DNA of 63,837 nt, counting the filler, from Choristocarpus tenellus KU-1152 (lineage: Eukaryota; Protista; Phaeophyceae): the NCBI GenBank assembly GCA_964200185.2. It is 11 parts of 11 records of this genome, joined end to end, with 100 filler letters (N's around TTAATTAATTAA, not from the genome) between each part and the next. Parts side by side here need not be neighbours in the genome. Positions count along the whole stretch, not along the records: positions 52,052 to 56,137 come from CAXNAD020016298.1; positions 56,238 to 59,321 come from CAXNAD020022433.1; positions 59,422 to 63,837 come from CAXNAD020014656.1; 8 more parts are not named here. The stretch is one strand, 5' to 3'. How positions within the stretch are numbered: the first letter of the stretch is position 1; each line of letters opens with the position of its first letter. Made by a program: the position numbers and the translations under genes. A model generated the notes under the pieces. That model was given only the letters and a program-made list of their open reading frames with translations, had not been told where the DNA came from and did no database searches. Shown here piece after piece: positions 52,151-63,837 of the stretch.

Positions 52151-52694
52151 ATATTGCACCATTAGTAATGAGAAAATCTGAATAGATTTGGTACTAGAGA
52201 TAATATGGGTCGTATGCACTGTACTGGTAGAATCTACTGTGCAACAGAACCCATAGCTTGGTGTGTTGGAGGAGGAATCACTCATCATTAGAGAGCAAGC
52301 ATGTTCGGATTACATTTTGTAGTGATTGGGGGCGTCATCTAAGGGAATACCTCACCACCGTACATCCACATCCTCTGGCAGAGCCTCTTCGATATGAATG
52401 TCCTGTTCAGGTGGGTCATCAAAGTAGTCTAGCCATGATCTTATCTCAGGATGCTCCTGACAATAATCCACAATATCAACCACCTGCCATGCAAAAATAT
52501 TTGTAAGATTCCACAAAAGTGTGCGCTTCTAAGTCATGGCAATCTCCTTTACAGTATTCCAGCATACACAGTCAGCACTTGGTCTGGCCAGGACATAATG
52601 GGAGACTTAGAAATCAAGCAGCTGTCCCAGAAATTGTAAGGGTAGGATGCAAACTCAAGAATATATCAGCTCACAGTCCCATTCTTATTCTCAC

Positions 52695-53762
52695 CTTGAC
52701 TTTGAATCTATCTGGTCCTGCCCTCCTCTCAAATGCATCCATTGCAATTCCCTCAAAGTCTACATCTCGTGGGCAAACATCTCCTGAGAGCTTGCATAAC
52801 CCAGTGATTGTGCTCTTCATAGCCAGAGTTATCTCATCAATCGTAAGCCTAGATGAGCTATCAAAGTCGTAACAATTGAAAATAAACTCCAAGGTATGTG
52901 TAACTCCCATCGCTGAAATAGAACAGGGGCGGAAATAGGGACATAACACAGCAGCGTGGGAGTAGTAGAAGGATTGAAAGTGAGCGGGAAAGACTCCATT
53001 GACGGAATTAGGGATGATGCATGATTACTTGGGTGGAAATGAAGGGATCTTTGCTAGGTATTCTTCGAGGTGAGAAGAGTGAGAAATATTTCGGAGGTAC
53101 TTACAAGGATACGCAAAGGGTGCGTCAGTGTGTAAGATAGTGCGAGTCTTCAGGGGATTGACCACCCTAACATTCATGTTTGTTGAGATATGGAAGATAA
53201 TGTGTCGTACCTCTTCAGAGTTGGAGGGAGATTTTCAAAATTTGCTCATACCAATAGTCCCCAGCTTATGTTTCTCTCCCATAGATAGGGAGATTAACCC
53301 ATGCGAAAACAGGGTTGGGACTCGACACACCTGAAGCGCATGCCATCGAACTAATAAATTCTATTGCGTCCACGAGCCCGTTGTTGTCAGAATCCATCAC
53401 GCGAAAAAGCTTTTCTGAGCGCTGTGGTGGTGAGTGTCAATATGCCACAGTATCCAGAGGTTAAGAGCAGATTAAAGTAGGCAGAAAATATTTCATGACG
53501 AGGCTGAGATACACAAATTACCCTCGCGAACGTCTGAAACTTTAACTGAGAATGCCATGTTTACCTTATCTATCTTCACACGATTAAGCTGCAGCTCCTC
53601 TGCGAGCTCCGCACATATCTCCTTGAACTCATGAACATTTATCCCAAATCCATCGGCCACATCGTTGAAGGTCTCCCACAACGTGGTTACACCGGCCAGA
53701 GTGAGGTTGACAAATGGCCTAGACTCGGCTCTGTAGATAGCCTTGCCGGCCTTTTGGCCCAT
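52695..53762 (-). CDS. EF-hand protein N-terminus, probably stramenopile EML/WD40-type microtubule-associated protein; exons 53762-53565, 53421-53331, 52912-52695
   Basis: MGQKAG start (possible myristoylation), LWETFNDVADGFGI, EF-hands DSDNNGLVDAIE and DFDSSSRLTIDE. The EML assignment is from recalled family architecture. Confidence 0.8.
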
Positions 53763-54110
53763 TGGTAAGTCAGCCGCTGCAGTACCCTGTATCCGTAGTA
53801 AGGAAAGGTGTGTGGGTGTAGGGGCAAAAATATTGTTGAATCTTTTCCAATTGGTACGCCGAGCCAAGGAGAGGTATATTTGCTTCCGATATTGGCTTAA
53901 TTCATAAACGATAGGGAGTGGTGGTGGGAGGTGGCGATATGTGGTCTAGGAGATTGTAAGAGATGATCAACTCCCCCTTACAAGAATAACCCGTTACACG
54001 TCCGCGCGCTCGCGAGTCTCTCATGTACCCATGAACATGATAGTTATCGGTCTCTCTGTCCTTCAATGCTTTGTTGAATAGATCAAAACACACACAGTAA
54101 AAGTATCGAG

Positions 54111-56026
54111 ATGAGCAACCTGATCCAACTTCTGCTCGCTACCATGCTCTTTACCATGGTGAGGGGATTCGTTCGCCCGCTGATTCCCACCTTCCTGGGC
54201 AGGTCGCAGCTAGTGCTTGGGACACAGGTAAGTGGATGTTGGAGATGTGCGGCTCCTGAGGGTGCCAATTGCCAACTTATCGAAGGTGTACAGGGTGGGC
54301 GCTTGTGAATTAATGGAATTTTTTTCTGGTAGTGTACCCCAAATACATTATCATCGACCTGTGCACCTTAAAGGTGGGATGCTGCTGCTCTACGCTGAAC
54401 TCTAGTATGTGCATCAAACTGGATGTTGACCAATGCTTACCACACACTGCAAATCTGCGGGAGTATGGACTTGACTTATTTTATTACTTATCCATTGACT
54501 GTTTGACCAAAGCTGGTGTGATGGGGAGAGATGTATCAGTTCGTCGGGCATATAAACCCAACTCCTTGCTCGATTCTATTGAGGAATGTCATTTTCATTC
54601 TAAAACCAATGCTACACTGTGCATTCGTGATAAGGGTTGAGAAAAGGCTTGCAGTCAAATCACTGCAAGCATCTACTTCCATTAGCTCTGTGGGTGGGTG
54701 TTGACGCATATAGAGCCTGTGCAAATAGCATAAAGTACAGGCTCTGGTACGCCAAGACGTTTTCTACTATCATGCCTTTTATTTTCCAAGTGTTTTCAAA
54801 CACACGTGAGCTTTTCCCCTTCTTGATTCCTTTGTGTTCACCAGCTTGATCTGTTTTGTACACGTCTCATCTACCCCTTCCTTCATTACCTGGAACATCC
54901 TACCCTGTTGGTGTTGATGTCTCAATCGACCCTTTCGCCTGTGACCTTTCCTTTGAATCAACGCATTATCATCCTGACGGGTGTACCACAACACGTGTCT
55001 GCTGGGATTATAGGCACGGGCTGCAGGAACGGTAAGCCTCCCTCTAGTACCTCACTGCGCCTTCTTGAAGTTGAGAGTAGATGTCGTAGTCCGTGTGTAC
55101 GAAGTAGGGTAGCACGAACAAGGAGGACAGGAAGTAATATTGGCACGATCATAGAACTTCACGGAGTTCAGTTTGTAGAAGAGCCCCACCTGTATCCTCA
55201 ACTAGCCCCTCTCCTCACTTGTCACGCAACAGTTTTCGTTCTTGAGTTCCTCTTGGCAGCGACCTTTCACAAGTTAAAGCTTGAACTTAAGGGCAAAGCA
55301 CATGCAAACAGTGGAGTCAGTATTTTGGGGGTTGCTTGCTTGCTACGATATTTTCCCAAATTCTTTATTTTTCAATTTGAGGTGGACTAGATCTATTTGT
55401 ATGGGGGATACAACCTTACAACTACATGAACACCCCTGAACTGACACTGTAACGCGATGTGCAAGCACTGCCTCCACCTCCGCCTTGCCTCTTTTGTTTT
55501 CCCCAATATGAAGGTATTGTGGTGTATGTTGTCTGTACATGTCCTAGCACAAGTGCAATCTATCTCCTTCCAACCACCACTCCCCAACTTCTTCGCGCAT
55601 AATACTCACACCTCCTCCCATCCTTGTACTCCTCAGCTGCCACCTGCTCATTTCCAATAGACACCATACCTTTCCATGCACCAGTCCCTCTGTGATCCTT
55701 CTGTTCTGTCCTGCTATTCAAAGGTGCCAAGCAGTTCCCCTTACCCCACAACCACAATGGCTTCTGCTTTCCTGTACCCGGTCACACACATGCACATGCA
55801 CTCACTGATGTTGCCCCCCCTTGGATGTCTTCAGCGGGGAACATCAATGACACTCAACAGTGATGAGGAAAAGGTGATGTACAGTCTGGGGGCGGCGCTG
55901 GCAGCTCAGACAGATCAGTTCCGAAAGCACCTCTCCCCTGATGAAAAAGAATTGGCCCTCAGGGGTCTCTCTGACTACTGGATGGACAGGGAGTTGGAGG
56001 TGCAACCCAGTGAGTACGGGGAGGCG
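54111..56026 (+). CDS. Plastid-targeted FKBP-type PPIase with FKBP_N domain, partial; exons 54111-54227, 55835-56026
   Basis: Signal peptide ending VRG-FV, then a transit-like stretch. EEKVMYSLGAALA...ALRGLSD matches the FkpA/Mip/FklB N-terminal domain. Confidence 0.78.
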
Positions 56027-56968
56027 GTGAGTATGGATACATTAATGCAATGTGTCCTTAGTTCGAGTAGGGGGGGGGGGGGGGGGGGGGGACACCCAAG
56101 TGACTTTAGGGGGGTGGTTTGGGGTTGGGGGAGCGCGNNNNNNNNNNNNNNNNNNNNNNNNNNNNNNNNNNNNNNNNNNNNTTAATTAATTAANNNNNNN
56201 NNNNNNNNNNNNNNNNNNNNNNNNNNNNNNNNNNNNNCCTTTCAACCCCCCATCCCCCATCCCCCATCCCCTCCAACGTATTATTTCTATTGAAAATATG
56301 CGTAAGCATGTTTCAGAAAAAAAATCCGAAAAAAAATAAAAAATATATATATATGTATGTTTTTTTGACCAACTGCATTGTGATGTACACAAGAACAGTG
56401 GCAGCGTCAGGGTTTGTTCTTTTTTTTCGTGCTTACGTAGACGGGCGCACTCTGATGAGAGAAGACTATTATTTTTATTATCATTAATTATCTTATTTTT
56501 TACACCGTCTCTATACGTACACGTCCGTCCTTGTGCGTGTCGCACGCCACAGAGCACCACGGAATTTTTACATACGTGTATGTGTGTATATATATATATA
56601 TGTATATATATTTGAGCATTTTCTTTTTTTTATGATAGTCTGTGTAATGTTTTTTGTTTATTTTTTATTGCAGTCTTCGTACACCGTGTTCCATCTATAT
56701 TTTTTTCTGTTTTGTCATGGTGCCAAAAATCCCACACATACCAGCAATAGCTCAATTTGTCGTCATACTGTACCACATCACACATGAAACCAAAACCCTA
56801 TTTTAAAAAAATGACGTGTGTAGTGTATGGATGCATGTGTGACACTCTGCAAATTGAGTGCGGACTCATTGTGTGCCTGTGCCTGTGCCTATGCCTGTGT
56901 GTATGTGTTTTGTTTTGTTTTGTTTTTGTTCTAAGTTTTAACTCTTCCTTTTTCTTCCTCTCGTTAAG

Positions 56969-58146
56969 GTTATATTTGCCAGGCTACCAGGACGGCCTGG
57001 AGGGCAGGGGCGAGTTCCACTACAGGAGGCGTTGCCTTTGGCGGACTATGTTTCTCTGCACTGTCCCCTCACTGACCAGACACTTAGGTGATCACTTATG
57101 CACACATACATACACATACACTCCGACTTAGAATTGGTCTTAGCCCTACCCCCTAGTAGTTTGTGTTCTTATCATGAAATACATATATATATATATATTT
57201 TTAAGACCATGCAGTTGCGAAATACTGTTCCTAATTTTTGTGATTTTACACAGCGATGTTGCTTTTTTTTAAATAAAATGTTGTTGCCTGTGTTTCACCG
57301 CTTGCTTGGTGTATTTTTTCTGCCGCATGTTATTTTGTTTTTAATTTTATTGTTCTTTTTTTAGTGAAAACAATTACATACCTCCTTTTTCTTGTTCTTT
57401 CAACGTTGCTCTTCTCTCCGGAGTCTCGAAAGTCGACATTCCATATTTCTGTTGGACCAAAGGCTCTCAAGATTTATTCCATATTTCTGTTGGACCAAAG
57501 GCTCTCAAGATTTACTAAGCATCAATTTTGAACCACATATACATACATTTTATTTGTGTACATGGTATTGTCGCCCTTCTCTCCAAATACATCCAAAATG
57601 GTTGGGGGGGTTTTCAAAAAAAAAAAATCAAGTGACGCCGCACATTGCAATTTAAAAATGCTATTGCTACTACTGTTGGATTTATGAAAATCAAAAAAAA
57701 TGTATGGGTTTATGAAAATATATATGATAAGTTCTTTTTTTTTCAGAGTTAGGATCCTAGCTGAGTATGATTGAATGTTGAGCCATAACTAGCCTAAGGG
57801 AGCGTGTGGTAGAATCAAAGGGGTCATATCTGTGGGATAGCCTCCTTTACCTCTTTCCCATTGCTTCTACATCCCTCCACTCTCTAACCCGTGACGATCT
57901 AATGTATACCTCTATCCAGAGGGTCTCGTCTGCAACAGCAGTCAGGACAACCAAACAAATAGAACATGCACACAAGGGTTTTTGCCTCAAGAACAAGTTG
58001 TAACGAGGGGGGGGGGGGGGGGGGGCCAGTTCGGGGGGAAAAACGGCGATTTAATAAAATGGTTATCAAGTGAACGAAAACNNNNNNNNNNAAAAAAACA
58101 AAAAAGCACAAAAAGAACAAACAGATTGTAGGTCGTTGGGAAGGGA

Positions 58147-58183
<37 letters not shown>

Positions 58184-58551
58184 CAGTCTACAGGTTGAAA
58201 ATCGGCCTATTATTAACGATGATTCAAGTAGACTGACACCCACATATGAATATATATGTGGTATATTGGTTTGAACTCTGACACACCTGTGTTCCTATGC
58301 TAGTGTTGAGGTAAGTAACTACTCATGGCATATTTAGAGGAGGAAGTTATATTCATTAGAACCTCTCGCTGAAAGTCCTTCCTTCTTTCCTTCCTCTTCC
58401 CTTCCCCACATGCACCTGCCCCCAACCCCTATCCTACATGACCTCTTGGACCGGTATCTACCGTCTACCGTCTACTCCCGTGATACAGGCTGGTGAATGA
58501 AGACTTCCTGGGTACTATGAAGTCGGGAGCCGTTCTCGTGAACACCGGGAG
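56969..58551 (+). CDS. D-isomer-specific 2-hydroxyacid dehydrogenase (glycerate dehydrogenase-like), internal exons 56969-57087 and 58489-58551
   Basis: VIFARLPGRPGGQGRVPLQEALPLADYVSLHCPLTDQTLR-LVNEDFLGTMKSGAVLVNTGR. Not in the ORF track; splice phases match. Confidence 0.88.
57437..57513. repeat. Tandem duplication of ~38 bp
   Basis: ATTCCATATTTCTGTTGGACCAAAGGCTCTCAAGATTT occurs twice. Confidence 0.9.
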
Positions 58552-59943
58552 GTAGGGAACACCTTCCCTCGTTTACTCTTTCCTCTCTTTTTTATTTTTT
58601 CCTTATTTCCTTTTTTATGGCATCTCTGGTCAAACCAGGAACGATACCCTTTTGGGGGGGTGCAACAAAGGATTGATTTCATATTTATTATTATTTTTAT
58701 TATTATTATTATTATTATTGCTACACTACTATTTCTTATTATTGCTCTCTTTTTTTGGTCCGGCAGGGACGACCATACCGTGTAAACAGGAATGTAATAA
58801 AAACCGTTTTTTTTTATTACTTCTTCTGTGAACGATAATAAATCTCTTAGACTTTACTCTCTCCTCTCTCCTCTCTCCTCTCTTCAGCACCACCTCAAAA
58901 CTGTTTGCAGGTACAGGCTACAATAAAAACAAAACAAAAAAAATCGCATGGGGCTGCGGACTTTCATTTAAGTCTTTGCGGTGCTCATTGTCGAATTCGA
59001 TTTTTTCTCTTTTTTTTCTTCGGTAGGCCACGCCTCTTATCACTACAAGAAAATTATGTGTATGTCTCTGCCGAAGGCTTTCCTTTACGTACGCACGCGA
59101 TAGCTTTCCGGAAGCAAGTGTAACCGCTTCACAGTCTGTTTCTCAACTGATGCTGTACAGAAGATGTACTACTTCTTGTCGATATATCTACAGTGAAATG
59201 TATTTATGCTTTGGCAACGTATTATCATCCGTGGTTACACTGTTATGTGTAGTTGTTTGGTTGGGGGTGGGGGGTGGGGGGGGGTTCAGGAAAGACGATG
59301 GGAGTTGAAGAGAAGAATATANNNNNNNNNNNNNNNNNNNNNNNNNNNNNNNNNNNNNNNNNNNNTTAATTAATTAANNNNNNNNNNNNNNNNNNNNNNN
59401 NNNNNNNNNNNNNNNNNNNNNTATAATAAACAATAAGATAATAAGAGAGAGCACCCCCCACCACCGAGGGCTGTGCTCACTCCGCTAATAAACATATCCA
59501 TACCACACAAAGCAAAATACTCTACTTGAGTTCTCTTTTGCATATCTGCGAACTGGCAAACTCACGCAAAACCCTAAGATATCATTTTCTTTCCGGTATC
59601 AACGTCTGCCATGTACCTAACCCTAACACTGCAGGAATAGGTAGCACATATACTACATGCATGCCCCCCCCCACTCACAATAGTCGGCCTCTGTTTGCCA
59701 CTGGTGACAACCCTACCCCGTACGCACCATGTCCACCAATGCACTAAACACGCCATAGAAATCGTTGCAAATTGTGTCACATCCGTGCCTTCCCTTCACG
59801 TCGACACCACGCACGACATGATAATCGCACATACGCACTTCTCAATTGACCGAACACCGTCCGTGCACACTTGCAAACATCGCCCTCTATTTTGAATAAG
59901 CCTGGCAACCGACAAACTAACCCAAATCTCTAAGTTATCGTCT

Positions 59944-60199
59944 TAGCCAAATTATCTTAGAGGGTAGAGCTGCGTCCATTTGGGGGTCAAAATCAAGTGT
60001 TGCGATTTTGATGTAATTTTGGCTATCGTGTTTGTTAGGAAGTGTCAATATCTATGTTTCGGGCACACATTTTCATAGCAAATACCTTTTACCTACTCCT
60101 GAACATTTTGGAGTAGCAAAATGTCACTAAAAAAACATGGGATCCAAGCCCCAAATGCACAAAAAGGGCAAAACTCGTACCTCTAACATACTTTAACTC
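59944..60199 (+). mobile_element. MITE family A, full copy, TSD GTCT/GTTT
   Basis: TIRs present; empty site at ~60548-60565. Confidence 0.9.
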
Positions 60200-60788
60200 G
60201 TTTTCTTCCCCATATTAACGTCTCTCGTCTACCAAACAATTATTACAGGAACAGGTAGCATATATACGACGTGCATGCCCCCCCCACTTACATTGCTCGG
60301 CCTCTATTTGCCACTGGCGACAGACTCCCCCCTCCCGCCCCTTGCCAACCCATACTCTAAACATGCAATAGATATTGTCGACCCATTATGTCACATCCGT
60401 GCCTACCCTTCTCGTCGACACCACGTGCAACGTGCTAATTGCACATACGCACTTCTCAATCGGCCGCACGCCGTCTGTGCACACTTGCAATCATCGCCCT
60501 CTTTTTTGAATAAGTCTGCCAATCCGAAAACTCGCGCAAAACTCCAAGTTATTGTTTTCTTTCCCGTATCAACGTCGGCCATGTACCCATCGCTTGTTGC
60601 AGAAATAGGTAGCACATGTATTACATGCACGATTCCCCCCACTCACAATAATCGGCCCCTGTTTGCCACTGGCGACAGACTGCCCCCTCCCGCCCCTTGC
60701 TAACTCATACACTAAACACGCAATAGGTATCGTTGACCTATTATGTCACATCCGTGCCTTCCCTTCACGTCGACACCACGGGCGACAT

Positions 60789-61046
60789 GAGCCAGAGTAT
60801 CTTTGAGGGTAGCGCCGCGCCCATTTGGGGGCCAAAATCCAATGTTGCGATTTTGATGTAATTTTGGCTGTCGTTTTTGTTAGGAAGTGTAATATCCACG
60901 TTGCGGACACACCTTTTGATAACATAAACACTTTACCTACTCCTAAACATTTTGGAGTAGGAAAATGTCATAAAAGAACCCATTGGAAGCCAAACTTCGA
61001 ATGGACGGACAGGGCAAAAGTCGTACCCTCTAAGATACTTTCACTC
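60789..61046 (+). mobile_element. MITE family A, full copy, TSD ACAT
   Basis: TIRs present; ACAT on both flanks; empty site CGACATGATAAT at ~59814-59825. Confidence 0.95.
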
Positions 61047-62489
61047 ACATGATAATTGCACATACGCACTTCTTAATCGACCGCACACCATCCGTCCACA
61101 CTTACAAATCATTTCGCCCTCTATTTTTCAGAAGTCTGCCAAGCGTCAAATGAACCAAACCTCGAAGTTATTGTTTTCGTCACATATTGACATCTGTCAT
61201 TTACCACACTTGTTCCAGGAATTGGTAGCACATATCATCCCAAAGAAAATGCCATAACATCGATTCAGTCACAGGACCCCGCCTTGGTACCAGCACTGAC
61301 TCCAACACGTACCACCCCTCCCCGTATATGCACAATCACCACACCACTTAGAATTGGACGGATAGGGACGGCAGACCGCACAGTATCACGTCTACGAAAC
61401 TTCTATACATCGACACGTTCCGAACACAGGAGATAGTCCACCTTCCGGCTTACAATATCGACCGCGCAGGACGACACGACCCACGTGTCCCAAACCTCGG
61501 TGGCATAAAGTCCATCCACCGGTTCTTCACTGGTCAGCTCACCACCGTAGACTCCCGTACATTGATACACACCGAACTGTCGTGCTACTGCACGAACTGT
61601 TCCATTGGCAACCTGGCCCATTGAAGGTGGCAACTAACCCACGTGCCCCTGCTTTAGGAGATAGACCTCAGATTTTTCACAGAAACAGGAACGGATGATA
61701 TGTATCTGAGAAGCCAGCTGTCAAGGAAGAAGAGACAGCTCGCCGAGGGGAACATATGCATTGTGCAGACGCAGCCATCGGAGTACAATGGTACAGAGTT
61801 CTTGCCGTTCACTGTCCGTCGCAAGGACACGATTCAATGGAACACAGGCACCACTCCAGCTACGGAGGAATGTTCAGTGCTGGAGATCAGGTCATCTTTG
61901 TCACTCAAGACTTCGAGGTGCTGAATGCTAGCTTTGTTGTGGAGTGCCAACTATTCGCATGTCACGGACGGACAAGGTGAGAAACGCTTCTTATTGTTAC
62001 TAAGAGAACAATGCTCCACATGAATGAATTCACGCTGTCTATATACACATGTTGCCTATCCCCTGGTATCCCCTCATATACAAATGAAATCCTCCCATAA
62101 TGTCCAACCCTGACATCCAAACCAGTGTCCTTTCTTTCTCCTACTCTACAATCGCAATCGTCAACTTTCACATAATATTTTACAAGTTCCATAGCGCAAA
62201 TAAGCGTATCCATCCTTCATTTCGCTGTCTAAGTGCATCCTCTATCCTACATAAAACTCTCCATTCCTCAAAACCAAAACAAACAACTCCCCTATACAAC
62301 CAAACAAGGCCATCACGCGCAAACACATATCAATTGTCCAACACACTAACACAGCCCTTGCAACGAACATCTTTGTGGTGATGCAGGACGCACAACCGGG
62401 TCCCCGCGTCGTGCCCCTTCAGGCTATCGTCGTCCCGGACTTCACAGACATCCACCACAACCACCTGGACAACACATTCACGATCCTGC

Positions 62490-63224
62490 GTGGTCAATAC
62501 CAGGGGTTCACATCAGAATCCAACCGGCAATCCCTCGGTGGGATACCCGCTCGCTTCTCCAGGCAACTCAGACTTGGGGACACATCCGACGCCAGGTTCG
62601 GCCGAGGAACCAGGTTCATCCTATGTGCGAGTGGGGGGTCTATCGTACAGGGGAAGGTCAGGGATTGTTCATGTGGACGGTTCAGGGGCGTATATTTACT
62701 CAGTGTCCTACCTTCTGGACGATGGCGAAAAATCTTTGCCCCCTCATCTGAGGTCGTACATGACAGAGGACGAGATAGAGGAGGGTGTCGACCAACTTCG
62801 GGAGCAAAACAAGAGGGACAGTGTCGAGGCTGCAGCCCAGCGTGTCAGACAATGCCACCGGACGATGGTTGCCTGCCAGCAGAAGCGTAGGGACATGGAG
62901 AAGGATACGGAGAAATATATACTCCTTGAACCGACACTCAGGGCTGTGCCGGGTTTAGATTAGGGAGAAGCACTCAATGCCGGTGACAAGGGCGGGGGAC
63001 TATACTTCAGATGGGACGATTAGTGGATGCGAGGGATCGTGACCAAGTACCAGCCCCACTACATGGTGAAAGTTGGAGATGAACGAGTCAGCTACCCCTA
63101 TGAGGTCAAATGGGAGAATGGCGACTTGTGAAATATCCAGCTTCTTGTCGAACGCTACAGTATAGACCAAGACGCTCCTACACGTGCCTGGTTCTGGACA
63201 AGTCCTACTCTGCTCCAATACTGA
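62490..63224 (+). pseudogene. Intronless decayed ORF with coiled coil and C-terminal Tudor-like domain, probably TE-derived
   Basis: The frame continues through stops at 62961, 63021 and 63129: LYFRWDD*WMRGIVTKY...YPYEVKWENGDL*NIQLLVERYSIDQDAPTRAW. Confidence 0.55.
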
Positions 63225-63817
63225 CGAGAGAGCACGACTTTGAGGAGCTACCTAGGCCTATTCCTGTTCGTGAGTCACCCTCTACTTCGCCAATCAGACA
63301 CATGCCTCGACAGACAAGTTGTGCTGGAGAGGTCGGACGTTCTTTGAATCAATGGACTTATGCATTTGGTATATTGATTTTTATATCTTCCTGAAGAGTT
63401 TGTGTCTATGTGTCCTCATACGCACGCTTTTATTGGTTCGGTGGCAACCTAGATTTCATCTCGATTAGCGCGTTCTGCCACAATCCTCTTAATATGTTTA
63501 CTGCCATGCCCCAATCCTTCTTACTCCCCTCTTTGTATTGATCGGACCACAGAGAAAGTGACAGAAACCTTGCTAAAATATCGTTGACGCAGAAGCATCC
63601 GTACTCCGTACCACCATCTACAGCACAAGTCGAGATTTTCACAACAGATGACCCCTCTTCCACACCCAATCCAAACGGCGGCAACCATCCCAGCTTCAAA
63701 CTTTGAACCCAACGCAACTTCCCAGAGCCATAATCGCACAGTCTACACCCACTCAAGCGCCAAGTGCAGGTCCTAAAGCCATTTTATTCCAAAGTACATA
63801 AAAAAAGGACGGTGACT

Positions 63818-63837
63818 GGGTCAAAGTATCTGGGGGG
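63818..63837. mobile_element. MITE family B terminus at window end
   Basis: GGGTCAAAGTATCTGGGGGG. Confidence 0.7.

Larger units (their letters stand above)
59530..61235. repeat. Diverged tandem repeat, ~355-bp unit, about 3.5 copies, interrupted by two family A MITEs
   Basis: CACATCCGTGCCT...GTCGACACCACG recurs at ~59778, 60392 and 60747. Confidence 0.9.

Noticed and set aside
6791-59421. Recurring TTAATTAATTAA palindrome within N runs
   Set aside because: Artificial six-frame-stop linker, not biology. Gene neighbourhoods across it were not interpreted.

Overview
Eukaryotic nuclear DNA, most consistent with a brown alga or a close stramenopile relative. The basis is intron-rich genes, TTAGGG motifs, a bipartite plastid-targeting presequence and a stramenopile-type EF-hand/EML N-terminus; the taxon is an inference. 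The window is not one locus. It is 11 short contigs joined by artificial 100-nt linkers (N44-TTAATTAATTAA-N44), so most genes are partial and adjacency across linkers means nothing. Spliced genes reconstructed by eye: GCP3/TUBGCP3, an intron-containing BED-finger hAT transposase, a rolling-stone/FAR-17a-like membrane protein, SURF2, a PhyH-like dioxygenase fragment, PNPase (KH+S1), an EFM7/NNT1-like methyltransferase, an AT-hook+DDT chromatin protein, NCAPD3, an EF-hand (EML-like) protein, a plastid FKBP and a glycerate-dehydrogenase-like enzyme. There are also kinase and Tudor-like pseudogenes, Gypsy/Copia/LINE relics and a degenerate tRNA-Asp. The most striking structure is a dense set of short non-autonomous DNA elements. 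Family A (~258 bp, GAG...CTC ends, 4-bp TSDs proven by empty sites, internal 42-bp palindrome, 8 copies or fragments) and family B (~178 bp, 9 copies or fragments) share a TIR core and a subterminal motif. A third related element (E) has a 3-bp TSD. An unrelated TGT...ACA element with a 4-bp TSD is nested in another repeat.
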